From: a bacterium
GTDB lineage: Bacteria > Bacteroidota > Bacteroidia > Bacteroidales > Bacteroidaceae
Reading direction: 5' to 3'
DNA length: 55,831 nucleotides
NCBI GenBank assembly: GCA_004559785.1
Contig: SFXD01000001.1
Location: 1-55,831 of the forward strand
Of this stretch, positions 35,341 through 45,500 are shown piece after piece. The notes beneath the pieces are model-generated. The model saw nothing but the letters and a program-made list of their open reading frames with translations, was not told the origin of the DNA and did not search any database. Position 1 is the stretch's first letter. Every line of letters begins with the position of its first letter. The translations under genes were made by a program, and so were the position numbers.

Positions 35341-37506
35341 CTAAACCTGCTCAAGGAGGATGACGCAACTGTCATACTCGCCGTTCAGGTTGATTTCCAC
35401 GCCCTGCTGCATGAGGAACTTGCCCGTCATGGTTGCGCCCTCCCAATGGTCGCGCCGTCCGTTGGCGTTGACCTGATTCAGGCGGTATTTGGCATCAGGG
35501 TTGAGTCCGGCGAAGTAGAAACGGGGACGGGGGAAGTTGACAGCCGTCTCGAACCTGTATGCAAAGAAGACGGCCTTGGTCTTCTGCTCGTTGGCGAACA
35601 GCTGGCTGGCAAATCCCTTGCCTTCGTACGGGGAGATGATGCGGTACTGGTCGCCCAACTGTACCAGAGGGCGTATCGTCTCCTTGTAGAGCTTGAAGGC
35701 TCCCTGTGCAAACTTCATCTCCTCTGCCGAGAGGTCGGATGGCTTCATCTCCATGCCAAGCCTGCCCGACATTGCCACGTCGAACCTGAACTTCAGGGGA
35801 ATGCGGCGTCCCGTCTGATGGTTGGGGCTGGCGCTGACATGCTGTGCCATGGCATTGACGGGGAAGTACATGCTCGTACCCCACTGGATGAAGAGACGCT
35901 GCTTGGCATCGGTATTGTCGCTCACCCAGAATTCGTCGAAGTATGGCATCAGTCCGTAGTTAACACGGCCACCACCACTGGCGCAGCACTGGATGACGAG
36001 GTTGGGGTATTTCTCGCGGACACGCTTGAGCGTCTTGACCAGTCCGAGGTGGAAGTCTACGTAGAGGTGGCTCTGCTTGTCGGCGGTCAGGTAATGCGAG
36101 CCGAAGTTGTTGATCTGGTAGTTGTCATCCCACTTGATGTAGTATGTGTTGGGAGTCTCCTTCATGATATTGTCCACCACGCCGAACACGAAGTCCTGCA
36201 CCTCGGGATTGCTCATGTCGAGGCAGAGCTGCGTGCCTCCACGGCCGGGGCGAGGCTCGCGGGAGGGATGGCACACCACCCAGTCGGGGTGCTTCTCGTA
36301 GAGTTCGCTCTTGGTGTTCGTCATCTCCGGCTCAATCCATATACCCCACTTCAGGCCACGTTCCGTACATGCCTTCTCCAATGCGGGGACTCCGTTAGGC
36401 AACTTGTCACGGTCGGTCACCCAGTCTCCGAGGGCACAGTCATCCACGCTGCGCTTGTACTTGCCGCCAAACCATCCGTCGTCCATTACGAAGAGCTCGG
36501 CACCTACCTCCTTCACTCCGTCCATCATCTTGAACATTCCTTCCTCGGTGATGTTGAGGTATACGCCCTCCCATGAGTTGAGCAAGGTCTTGCGCAGCCC
36601 TGTCCCGTTGTGTACCTTGTCGTTGAGGCGGGCCCAGCGATGGTAGCTGCGGCTCACTCCGCCCATGCCCTCGTCGCTGTAGGCAAGGGCAAGCTCGGGA
36701 GTAGTAAAGCTCTCTCCCTTGGCAAGCGTGTACTGCGAATTGGTGTCGTCTATGCCTGCCAGGAGGTGGTGGACCTTCTTGTCGTTGGTGTCTATGGTAA
36801 TGCGGAAATTGCCGCTCCAGCACAGCACGGCTCCTATGGTGCGGCCGCTGTTCTCCTTGGGCTTGCCGTCGAGCGAGAGCATTATGTTGGGACGGTTCTT
36901 GTAGGCATTCTTGGTACCCGTAACGTCGTGTACCTCGAATATGCCCGGCATGAGCGGCTGCTCGGACACCTCCGCCTCCGCACCCCAGTCTCCATGCTCG
37001 TGGCTTACCCACACGTCACCCTGCCTGACGGGCAGGAAGGCACTGGCATACTTGAGTAGCGTGACCGGCTTCTTCTCGCCGTTGCGTATCACGCTCCAAG
37101 CCTCTATGACGTCAGCATTCTGGTAGGCTCTGTAGCATACGTCCACGTAGAAATCATATAGCTTGTCCTTCATGGTGACGGTATACAGCGTGGAGTTTGC
37201 CTCCTTGACCTCGGTATCGGACTGGTAGACAAGTTCCGTACTCATGTTGCCATCCGCATGGCGCACGGACAGGGCAGGGACGAACGTGTCGCTCGTACCG
37301 AAGGCCGGATATGCCTCGTTCCACAGGCTGAAGGCGCGGTATACCTGCTCTGCGTCGGAGATTCGCTCCCCATAGTAGCTGACGTGTAGCGGCTTGCCTT
37401 CCTCTGCCTTGAGGAGAAGGGTCGTCTGGGGTGTACTCACGAAGATGTCCTTGGCTGGCAACAGTGTAGTCGCAAGCAATGCGATAAGGGTTAGTCTCGT
37501 TCTCAT
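35341..37506 (-). CDS. Alpha-galactosidase, GH36
   Basis: ..FVMDDGWFGGKYKR.., ..KWGIWIEPEMTN.. and ..YYIKWDDNY.. are GH36 catalytic-domain patterns. The ATG at 37506 gives signal peptide MRTRLTLIALLATTLLPA and a 721-aa protein. The 79-codon upstream extension in the track overlaps the neighbouring gene. Confidence 0.85.
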   Translation of the reverse strand: MRTRLTLIALLATTLLPAKDIFVSTPQTTLLLKAEEGKPLHVSYYGERISDAEQVYRAFSLWNEAYPAFGTSDTFVPALSVRHADGNMSTELVYQSDTEVKEANSTLYTVTMKDKLYDFYVDVCYRAYQNADVIEAWSVIRNGEKKPVTLLKYASAFLPVRQGDVWVSHEHGDWGAEAEVSEQPLMPGIFEVHDVTGTKNAYKNRPNIMLSLDGKPKENSGRTIGAVLCWSGNFRITIDTNDKKVHHLLAGIDDTNSQYTLAKGESFTTPELALAYSDEGMGGVSRSYHRWARLNDKVHNGTGLRKTLLNSWEGVYLNITEEGMFKMMDGVKEVGAELFVMDDGWFGGKYKRSVDDCALGDWVTDRDKLPNGVPALEKACTERGLKWGIWIEPEMTNTKSELYEKHPDWVVCHPSREPRPGRGGTQLCLDMSNPEVQDFVFGVVDNIMKETPNTYYIKWDDNYQINNFGSHYLTADKQSHLYVDFHLGLVKTLKRVREKYPNLVIQCCASGGGRVNYGLMPYFDEFWVSDNTDAKQRLFIQWGTSMYFPVNAMAQHVSASPNHQTGRRIPLKFRFDVAMSGRLGMEMKPSDLSAEEMKFAQGAFKLYKETIRPLVQLGDQYRIISPYEGKGFASQLFANEQKTKAVFFAYRFETAVNFPRPRFYFAGLNPDAKYRLNQVNANGRRDHWEGATMTGKFLMQQGVEINLNGEYDSCVILLEQV

Positions 37507-37624
37507 TGTGATTGCTGTTTTGGTTGTTAATAGAATAGTCGTTATAGTGATATATAATATGGACAATTTTCCCCTACACATGTCACAATCTGCCATGCAG
37601 AAATATCGGCAATGGTGCGTTTTT

Positions 37625-40330
37625 CTACTCGTCGAGGTCCACGAAGCCAAGTATGGCACGCGAAAGCCTGACAAGATCCGCCCCGTCCACGGCTCCGTCG
37701 CCATTGAGGTCTGCCACCTCCCTGCCGTCCTTTCCCATGCCAAGGACGATGTCCCTCATCAGCGACAAGTCTTCGTAGTCCACTGCTCCGTCGCCATTGA
37801 GGTCCCCCCTTGTGGCATCGCACACAAGAATCGCACACGAAGTGTTTCCCTGCGCGTGTACCTCGCCGGAGTCGTCCGTAATCCTTACGTTCCTTAGCTC
37901 CAGCGTGTATGTGCCCTGTGGCGTGGCAGGCACGGAGCGGAGGGTGATGACGGCGGTCTCCCCGCTGTTTCCTTCGAATGGGATGCCTTTCCTCTGCCTG
38001 CACGTCAGGCGTATCGCTCCGCTGGAGAGCTTGCCGAAGGATAGCGTGTGGTTGTCCGTGGTGGTTCGCTCGGTGCTGAGTTGGCAGATGGGCTTGCCAT
38101 CGCTATCCAATGCCCATTCAATCCCCTCGGGCAGGACTACGTCGGCCTGCCAGGCGCAGAAGGGCTTCTGGTTGTCTACGCACAGCGACACCCTGCCATT
38201 TGCGCCCCGACGGAACACCGGCGGCTGCGCCGAGAAGGAATAGTCCGGCACGGGATGCTCTACCACGAGGCGAACCCTCACGATGGGACTCCATTCCGTC
38301 CCGCTTCTGCTGATGGCACTTACCATGATGGTGTCCGGCAGGTTGTACCAATCCAGCGACTCCAGTATGTCCGCTCCCGACGAGACATGGACCGCACTGG
38401 GTGTGACGGTTCCCGCAGAGCCCTTCATCCACGAGACGGGATCCGCTCCGTCCGTCGTGTAGTATACGTCGTCGCCCGTAATCCTCAGCTCGCTGCCCAT
38501 GTTGACATGAGATGTGGCATAACCAATCGCCCTGCCGTCGAGGCTGAACTCAGGGGCAGGAGCAGAAGGGAACCATCCCCTATCCTGCAACTGCTTGACG
38601 AAAAGCGATGTCCTGGAGGGGAAATAGCTGTTGAGCAGACGCTTGCGTTCCGACTGATACAGGCCGTCGACGGTATATAGGCTTCCCCTTGAAGAATACG
38701 GATGGACGTCACGGCGATAGTCGCCCCACCTGGCCGATTCGTCGTAGAGAGCCATGGAAATGGTGCCATACAGGCTGTCCCAAAGGCAGATGGCAGACTC
38801 CGGCGTTAGTGCTCCTCCATGGAACAGATGACGCTGGGCTGCCTCGTGGAACCTGTGGGCAAAGAGAGGCTCCTTCATCAGGCGGTTGAGGAAACCCGTG
38901 GGGCACCCGCGGTTGTTCTTGTTGGTAAGGTTGTCCGTCTGGGATATGAAGATTGTCTCCGTGTCCCAGCAGATGAAACGGAACCCCTTGTCGGCTGACA
39001 CGCGATTGCGATAGGCGTACCAGTTATGGTGGTCCCAGTCGGAATTGCCGCCGTAGAGATTGATGAGCATATAGTCGATGAAATTGTCTACGTCGAGCAA
39101 CGGCGGGCAGTCGGGCGATGGTTTCCCCTGGCTGTCAAGCCCTATGAGGCGGAGGTAGTTCTCCCTCTTGTTGGGCAGGGTGTATATAAGGTCTGCCATC
39201 TGGTTCCAGGCTTCGAGGTTGCCATAGTCGGCAATGGCGGCATGATAGTTGCCGGCTCCCCCGTCTACCTCCGTAACATCCCAGTCCGAGGCCTTGCCGC
39301 CAAACTTCTCGGCGCAGAAATCGTCCGTGACACGCTCGCACATGTTGTATAGCCCCCAATACATCCCGTTGATGAAAAGATGGGCATAGCGTGCAAGGCT
39401 GACGGGATGCCCCATCTTGGCTTGGGCGTAACGTGCCCACATGTCGCGGCAGTACTGCGCCTTGCTTCGCTGCGTGTTGTCCCAATGGGTCCACGAATAA
39501 CCGAAGAAGGTGCGGAGAACGAGAGCATTGTGGACAGCCGGACCGCTTTCCCCAAAGACGGGGTAGCGCAACTTGGATGGGCCATAGTCTCCCTTGAAGT
39601 GTAGGCGGAATGCATGCTTGGGATTCTTCTCAGGCAAGCGTCCGTGCCCGCCATGCAGCTTGATGCAGCAGTCTACGGTAAGGTCGTCGTCGGATGGTCC
39701 GCCAAAAAGCTCAAAGCTGACGGGACGTTCCCACCCCCTGCCTATGCCGTCGCCTACGGGACACCCGGTATAGATGTAGATGCCGCCGCGTTCTTCATCC
39801 CTTTCATGGCTGAAAAGATTGTCCTTGTCTGTCACTATGGATATGACCGGCAGGTCATGAAGGCCCTCCAGCATCTTGGGACGCAACTCCGGGTCACGCG
39901 TCAGGTCGGGGTCCATGCCGTAGTCGGCTATCGCCGTCCCCTGTATCTGGCAGTAAGGCCCCCACAATGCGGGATAGCCTGCAGGCTTGTCCGTCTGGTC
40001 AAGGATGCTCTCGGGAAAGAGATAGGATGCTGTAGTGACATTGCTCCAGATGCCGTCTGACAGTAGGGTCGCTGCCCTGACAACGGTGGTGGAACTTACG
40101 GGGAGAGGCTCGTCGAAACGTGTTCCGCAAGTACGGGGGTCACTACCGTCGAGCGTGTAGAACAGTTCTCCCAGCGGCTCGGTGGTTGACACGCTTAGCA
40201 CGAAAGGCTCGTCGTACAAACCATGGGAGTGACTGAAAAAGGGCTCTTGCGCCATTGCCGCAAAAGGCAAGGACGCAAGAGTGAAAACAAAATTATGAAT
40301 TAAAGAATCTATTGCCTTGTTACCAAACAT
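37625..40330 (-). CDS. CotH-family protein: Fn3-associated/CHB_HEX_C-like module, CotH, Fn3-associated-like module, cohesin-like module, dockerin
   Basis: 901 aa with a signal peptide ending ..FAAMA/QE. The N-terminal module is ..LFYTLDGSDP..VVRAAT... CotH core patterns are ..FRLHFKGDYG..LVLRT..YAHLFINGMYWGLYNMCERV..NFIDYMLINLYGGNSDWDHHNWY... The cohesin-like block covers residues ~697-841. The dockerin duplicate is GDLNGDGAVDYEDLSLMRDIVLG...ADLNGDGAVDGADLVRLSRAILG. Confidence 0.75.
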   Translation of the reverse strand: MFGNKAIDSLIHNFVFTLASLPFAAMAQEPFFSHSHGLYDEPFVLSVSTTEPLGELFYTLDGSDPRTCGTRFDEPLPVSSTTVVRAATLLSDGIWSNVTTASYLFPESILDQTDKPAGYPALWGPYCQIQGTAIADYGMDPDLTRDPELRPKMLEGLHDLPVISIVTDKDNLFSHERDEERGGIYIYTGCPVGDGIGRGWERPVSFELFGGPSDDDLTVDCCIKLHGGHGRLPEKNPKHAFRLHFKGDYGPSKLRYPVFGESGPAVHNALVLRTFFGYSWTHWDNTQRSKAQYCRDMWARYAQAKMGHPVSLARYAHLFINGMYWGLYNMCERVTDDFCAEKFGGKASDWDVTEVDGGAGNYHAAIADYGNLEAWNQMADLIYTLPNKRENYLRLIGLDSQGKPSPDCPPLLDVDNFIDYMLINLYGGNSDWDHHNWYAYRNRVSADKGFRFICWDTETIFISQTDNLTNKNNRGCPTGFLNRLMKEPLFAHRFHEAAQRHLFHGGALTPESAICLWDSLYGTISMALYDESARWGDYRRDVHPYSSRGSLYTVDGLYQSERKRLLNSYFPSRTSLFVKQLQDRGWFPSAPAPEFSLDGRAIGYATSHVNMGSELRITGDDVYYTTDGADPVSWMKGSAGTVTPSAVHVSSGADILESLDWYNLPDTIMVSAISRSGTEWSPIVRVRLVVEHPVPDYSFSAQPPVFRRGANGRVSLCVDNQKPFCAWQADVVLPEGIEWALDSDGKPICQLSTERTTTDNHTLSFGKLSSGAIRLTCRQRKGIPFEGNSGETAVITLRSVPATPQGTYTLELRNVRITDDSGEVHAQGNTSCAILVCDATRGDLNGDGAVDYEDLSLMRDIVLGMGKDGREVADLNGDGAVDGADLVRLSRAILGFVDLDE

Positions 40331-42467
40331 CCTCTGGGGTCATTGGGTTGTCGTAAATCTCCTTGGGACACCATTCCATGTAGTCCATGTAGAGTTCCTT
40401 CTTCTCGGAATCGAGTACTGACTTGAACCTTACATAGTAGGTCTCGTTCGGGTCGAGTGTCTCACGGACGAGGATGTGACGTGTCTGGCGGCTGTCGTCA
40501 CGTGCCGTCAGTGACACGTTCGACTCGTGTACCTCGTGGCGCGCAGCCTTCATCAGTCCGTGGTTGCGCAGCTTGTGGTCTACGTCGATTATTCCGTCCT
40601 CGTCCCTGCCGGAATCGTCAAGGTCTGCCCACGTCGCACTCTCTCCGAAGGAATCCACTATTCCCTTGGTCATGTCGATGGGGATACCTGCCGCATGCAG
40701 GCGGTCGGGGTCGTTGCCGAAATAGATCTGTACTATGCCACGAGCTCCGGTGGCAAGCGTCTTGTAGCGGAGTTCGTACGTACCGCGCTTCGGGACGGGT
40801 GGCAGCGTGAACATGATGTCGAAGCGTCCGATAGCCTTCATCTCGTCCTGCGTATAGTTTGCCCAGTTGATTCTATAGCCATTGAAATAGATGAAATTGG
40901 TCTCATCACTCAGTATGCTCATGTTGTCGAAATACTGGTAAACCTTGTTGGCAGGTATGTAGACGTGCTGGTACTTGTCTTCCTGCGAGTCGGCGCGGCG
41001 GATGCCATTGGTGATGGCCTCGGGGAAGAGAGCCATGCCGTCGAAGCGGATTCTCTCCTTGCCCAGGTTGTCGCGGGTCGCATTGTCGTATGCCAACGGA
41101 GCGTCAATGGGATAGATGCAGGCATTCTCGATGTCCGTGACGTTTGCAAGTTCGTCCTCCCTCATCACGAGGCAACCAACCTTGTCCACGTCACAAGAGA
41201 GCTCATGACCGGTTCCGTATATGCCATTGTCGAGGTTGGGGAAACGGTTGAGGTAGACTCCCTCGCTTTCCTTTGATTCGAAGAGCTTCAGCAGACGGCG
41301 CTTGCCCATGGTGGGATACCATTCGAAGACGGGTATTGAGTAACGCGTTGGGGTGGTGATGCTATAGCCTACCTCGTTGCAATGATAGACGAGCTTGTTG
41401 GCAGGTATGCGCATGGGCAGGATGTGGTATGTTGCCCATTGGTAGAGTATATGGTTTTCCGAAGAGAAATTGTCGTCGGTGAGGAAAGTCTCTTCAGTCA
41501 GGTATTTCTGGTTGTCGATTATCCATTGTGTCACCTTCTCTGGCACGTCGGATGCAAGAGGGTCGATACCCTGGCTGCGCCAGAAATCATCCTTCTCCGC
41601 AAAGAGGGTGAACCCGTACTTGCGGTGCTCGGGGGAAATGGCGTCAGAATTGCTGTTGCCGCTCTTGTCAGAGAATCCCTTGGACATGTAGTCCTCGAAG
41701 TCCTCTATCTCTCCGTTCTGGTATTTCATTTCGTATACCTCGTCCCGGATGAGCGATAGTTCCTTGATGAGGTCGCAAGCCTGAAGGCACTTGAAGAAAA
41801 CGAGCAGTCCCTCTTCCCTCTTGTCAAGTATCTCCTGGATGTAAATCGTGCAATTGATGTCCTTGGGTGCTATTACCTTGTGGACCTGGTGTATCACACC
41901 GTTGATGAGGGGAATATCCCTGTTCTTTCCGTCAATGGCGCACTCTCCATTGATGTAGAGACTGTCTGGCATGTTGTTGGGCCATGTTATCGTCAGTTTG
42001 TGATCGTTGATGTTGGGCAGCGGAAGTTCGGAGTTCTGCTCCGTAGGCAACATGGCGAGCGTATACCGCTGCGATTCGAGGTCTCCTCCGTCGATGATGG
42101 AATTCTTGACGATTACCTGACGGATGGAGTCAGCCTTGTGCTCGGATGGGAAGCCTTCCCAAGTAGGTTCAGTGATAAGCCCTTCCTCTACAAGCTGCCC
42201 GAAATACGTCTTTATTGCATCGTTGGTGGGGGCAAAGCAGGTGTAATTCCCCCTTGCGGTCAACAGCTGGTATACTGTCGACTTGCTACGAGGACTCATT
42301 GGCACGACCTTGGTCATTTCCAAGTATTCTGAGTAACATGGCTGCGACTCAAGGTAACTCGCTACGGTATGGTCTACGAACACGTAGCGTGCAGAGGTAT
42401 CTATCTCCTCCTTGCATGACACCAAAGCCATTGATAAGGCGATGAACGATAGGAAAAACTTTCTCAT
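40320..42467 (-). CDS. Fasciclin (FAS1) domain lipoprotein with a large uncharacterised C-terminal region
   Basis: 715 aa with lipobox ..MALVSC/KE. The FAS1 signature is ..LLTARGNYTCFAPTNDAI... Its stop overlaps the downstream CotH start by 11 nt. Confidence 0.65.
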   Translation of the reverse strand: MRKFFLSFIALSMALVSCKEEIDTSARYVFVDHTVASYLESQPCYSEYLEMTKVVPMSPRSKSTVYQLLTARGNYTCFAPTNDAIKTYFGQLVEEGLITEPTWEGFPSEHKADSIRQVIVKNSIIDGGDLESQRYTLAMLPTEQNSELPLPNINDHKLTITWPNNMPDSLYINGECAIDGKNRDIPLINGVIHQVHKVIAPKDINCTIYIQEILDKREEGLLVFFKCLQACDLIKELSLIRDEVYEMKYQNGEIEDFEDYMSKGFSDKSGNSNSDAISPEHRKYGFTLFAEKDDFWRSQGIDPLASDVPEKVTQWIIDNQKYLTEETFLTDDNFSSENHILYQWATYHILPMRIPANKLVYHCNEVGYSITTPTRYSIPVFEWYPTMGKRRLLKLFESKESEGVYLNRFPNLDNGIYGTGHELSCDVDKVGCLVMREDELANVTDIENACIYPIDAPLAYDNATRDNLGKERIRFDGMALFPEAITNGIRRADSQEDKYQHVYIPANKVYQYFDNMSILSDETNFIYFNGYRINWANYTQDEMKAIGRFDIMFTLPPVPKRGTYELRYKTLATGARGIVQIYFGNDPDRLHAAGIPIDMTKGIVDSFGESATWADLDDSGRDEDGIIDVDHKLRNHGLMKAARHEVHESNVSLTARDDSRQTRHILVRETLDPNETYYVRFKSVLDSEKKELYMDYMEWCPKEIYDNPMTPEDVW

Positions 42468-42595
42468 TTCTTCTTGGGTTGGTTAATTCTTGCTGTTACT
42501 TTTCAATATGTTCCCCCGACTCCGAGAGCCAGCGGCATCCGAAGTCGGGAGAACTATAGGATTTGGATTGTTTACATTATTTCAACGTAGGTTCC

Positions 42596-45500
42596 TTACT
42601 TTACGAGATACTTCTTGCCATTGATGATGAAGATGCCCTTGCCAGCCTTGCCTACACGCTGTCCGGAGAGGCTGTAGATAGCCTGACCTGCATCGTCGGA
42701 TGCTGTCTCTATGGCATTTACGCCGTCAACCAGATCGTCGTCGTTGCACTCGTCGGCCGTGATTACGATGACGTTGCGTATGCAGATGGTCTCGTAGCTC
42801 TCGTTGTTGCCGAACAAATCCCAGCGGATTACATTGTCTGAACCTCCGAAGTTCCATGTCTCCACAGCCTTCGTTATGTCAACGTAGGCTTGCTTCCATT
42901 CGCTGGTTGCTGGCATTGCAGCAGGTGCGAGCTGGTAATTTGGATTGATGGAAGGCGTACCGAAGTAGAGAACGCCGTTGTTGGCATCCTTCTCTGTCTT
43001 GTACTCGTAAGCAAGGATTATGCGGTCGCTGGTGAGGTTGTCGTAGAAGCCCTTGAACGTTACGTTCGGACGCATGCCGTTACCTGTCAGCTCGTACTCG
43101 AAGTCGGCTGTCTCACTTGCTGTGACATTGGTCTGCTTCTCCATGTCAACGTAGAGGTAGTCGGGATAGAGTTCGTAGAGGGCGTCGATGGCAGCGAGTG
43201 CCTGCTCGCCAGTCTCGTACTCTCCTGCATCGAGCTTGTCGCAAACAGCATAGATGTCGGCATCAAGGGTCCCATGATTCATGGAGTGATTTATCCACTT
43301 GTCGTATACCTTGTTCTTTGCAATGTATAGTTGGTTGTACGCCTTCTGGCAATCCAGCACGTTCTGGAAGAGTGCACCGTCGGTAACCAGGTCATTGTAG
43401 GTAGTCTGACCGGATATGGCGGCAAGTGCCTCCTTAGTTGCGGCAGCAAAGTTAGGAGCCTCGCTGAAGCTGATGTCGTATGCCAACTCTGGAACGTAAG
43501 AGTTGCAGAGAGTGTTGGCGCGCTTTGAGTTGTAAGCGACTGCCTCTGCTATGGCATTAGCAGCATCATCCTCTGTCTCACCAAGGTAAGCAAGACGGAA
43601 GTTACCAGCCACTGTCCAGCTGTTGCGGTTGATGGTTCCCTCGCTCTTCAGACCGAAGGTGAGAGTGCCGTCGGTTACCTTAGCAACCATAGGAATCTCA
43701 TAACGACCTGCTGCAAATGCATAAGAAGAACCGATAGTACCCCATACCACGTAACCGAGAGTATCGGTTTCATCCTCGGGATTGATAACTGGTCTGTCGG
43801 GATGAGTGTCGCCTAACCATGCGTCTGCAGGATTTACAGCCATATCCTCGATGACCGTCTGAACGAACGTAGCAGCATCGTTGGCATAGGCGATAGGTGC
43901 GTACGTGTAGGATGAAGACGTAACGGTATCCTTTTCCTGACGGAAGGCTGCATTGAGCCTGAGCTGGTAGTAACCGTCCTTCAGACCTGTGAGAGTCTGG
44001 TTGATGTCGAACAAATCCTGAGTCTCGCAGAACTCGGCTGCATAAATCTTGCCGTCCTCGTTGGTTCCGCTCTTGTAGAGCAGTCCGTCCCATCCTTCTG
44101 CCTTCGTACCGCCTTCAACGCTCTCAGTCTTGGCGAATGTGCGGTTGACGATGAGCGAGCTGATATCCGTACCAGCCACGTAGCCCAAGCGTACGGCAGC
44201 AAGCTTGAGGCTCTCAAGATAGTCAACCTCAGCCAATACTGCGCTGTCAGCCAGTTCGTGGTTCTCTACGATATAAGGAGCAGAACCGTTGGGGAAGCCA
44301 TCCTCAGAGGGCTCTACGGTTGCGGTAAGGTAAGACTGGAGGTTTGCAAGTGCGTCGGATTCTGTCAGCTTGTTGGCTTCCAGATATTCCTTCACACCGT
44401 CTACGGCTGCCATATACTGTCCGTAAACCTTCTCGCTTGCGAGTATCTTCTGCTGCAGCTGCTCTATCTCGTAGTTGGTGCGGAAGAGAACCTCCATGTT
44501 GACGCACTCGCCGACTTCAGCGATCAAGCCTTCGTAGGCATCAATCAGAGCCTGGGTGCAAGTCACGTTGTATCCGAACTCCTCTGCCTTGGCAATGTAG
44601 TCGTTCTTGATTTCGTCGAACTCTTCCTCGGTACCGAAGCGGAGTTCCTGCATCTGGATTGCACTGCCGGAATATGCCTCGTATACCACAACCTTATAAT
44701 ATGTATAGGGAACGGTTGTCTCGGAACTGAAGCCGAAGTATGAAGCCGTCAGGTTGGCAGGATTCAGACGCTCCTGGCCTACGTTGACCTTCTCGTCTAC
44801 AAGTACCCATCCCTCGGAATCCTTGGTGGCAAGTCCGTCACCCTCGAAGTTGGCTCCATAGATGCTCCACCTCTTCCAGTTACGACCCTGATAGTCATAG
44901 GTGTCTGCACCGGTGGTGAGGGTATAGAAGAATGGATTTACGGCCTCCAGCGTACGGAAGATGACGTAAGTATCGCCCACGCTGCTGCACTCGCCACCCC
45001 ACTTGGTCTCGAGGCTGTTGTCCACGATTTGCTTGTAGTGTCCGTCGCCCCACTGGCTGTTGGTGTGGCCATCGAGCACGATATAGCTATCCTCGTAGAG
45101 GGCACTCATGTACATATTGATTCGTACGGTCTCCTTCTCCAGTTCCTCGTCGGAAATGGTGCGGTTGGTGACGATGTACTCGTATGTTCCGTTAATGTAT
45201 GCTGCAGAAGGGCCTTCGTTCTGCTCCGCATAGCCCGTAGCCCAGGCATAAACCTGCTCGTAGTCTGCGAAGTCTCCGGGAGAGAAGAGATCCATTGCCT
45301 CTACGTACTCCATCCACTTGGCATTGGAGGATGCAATCTTGGTGATGAGTTCCTTCAAGGTGTTCTTTGCTGCTATGAGCGAAGGAGCATCTGCGGCATT
45401 TGACATCTTCTCGTAGGTGCTGACATACTGCTCGTAAAGAGAGATGTTGCAGAGTGTGTTCTCGTCTATAGCATCAAGTCCGGCATCCATAATGGACTGC

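Noticed and set aside
37507-37743. N-terminal extensions in the ORF track: GH36 to 37743, M60 to 18558, HK to 21187, Mfa2-like to 5056, nagB to 10932, PduO to 19021, TolC to 21760, YbaK-like to 28086 and rbr to 29467.
   Set aside because: The extensions start at non-ATG codons or overlap neighbouring genes or predicted -7 boxes. They lack signal peptides, whereas the internal ATGs give canonical signal peptides, lipoboxes or family-length proteins.
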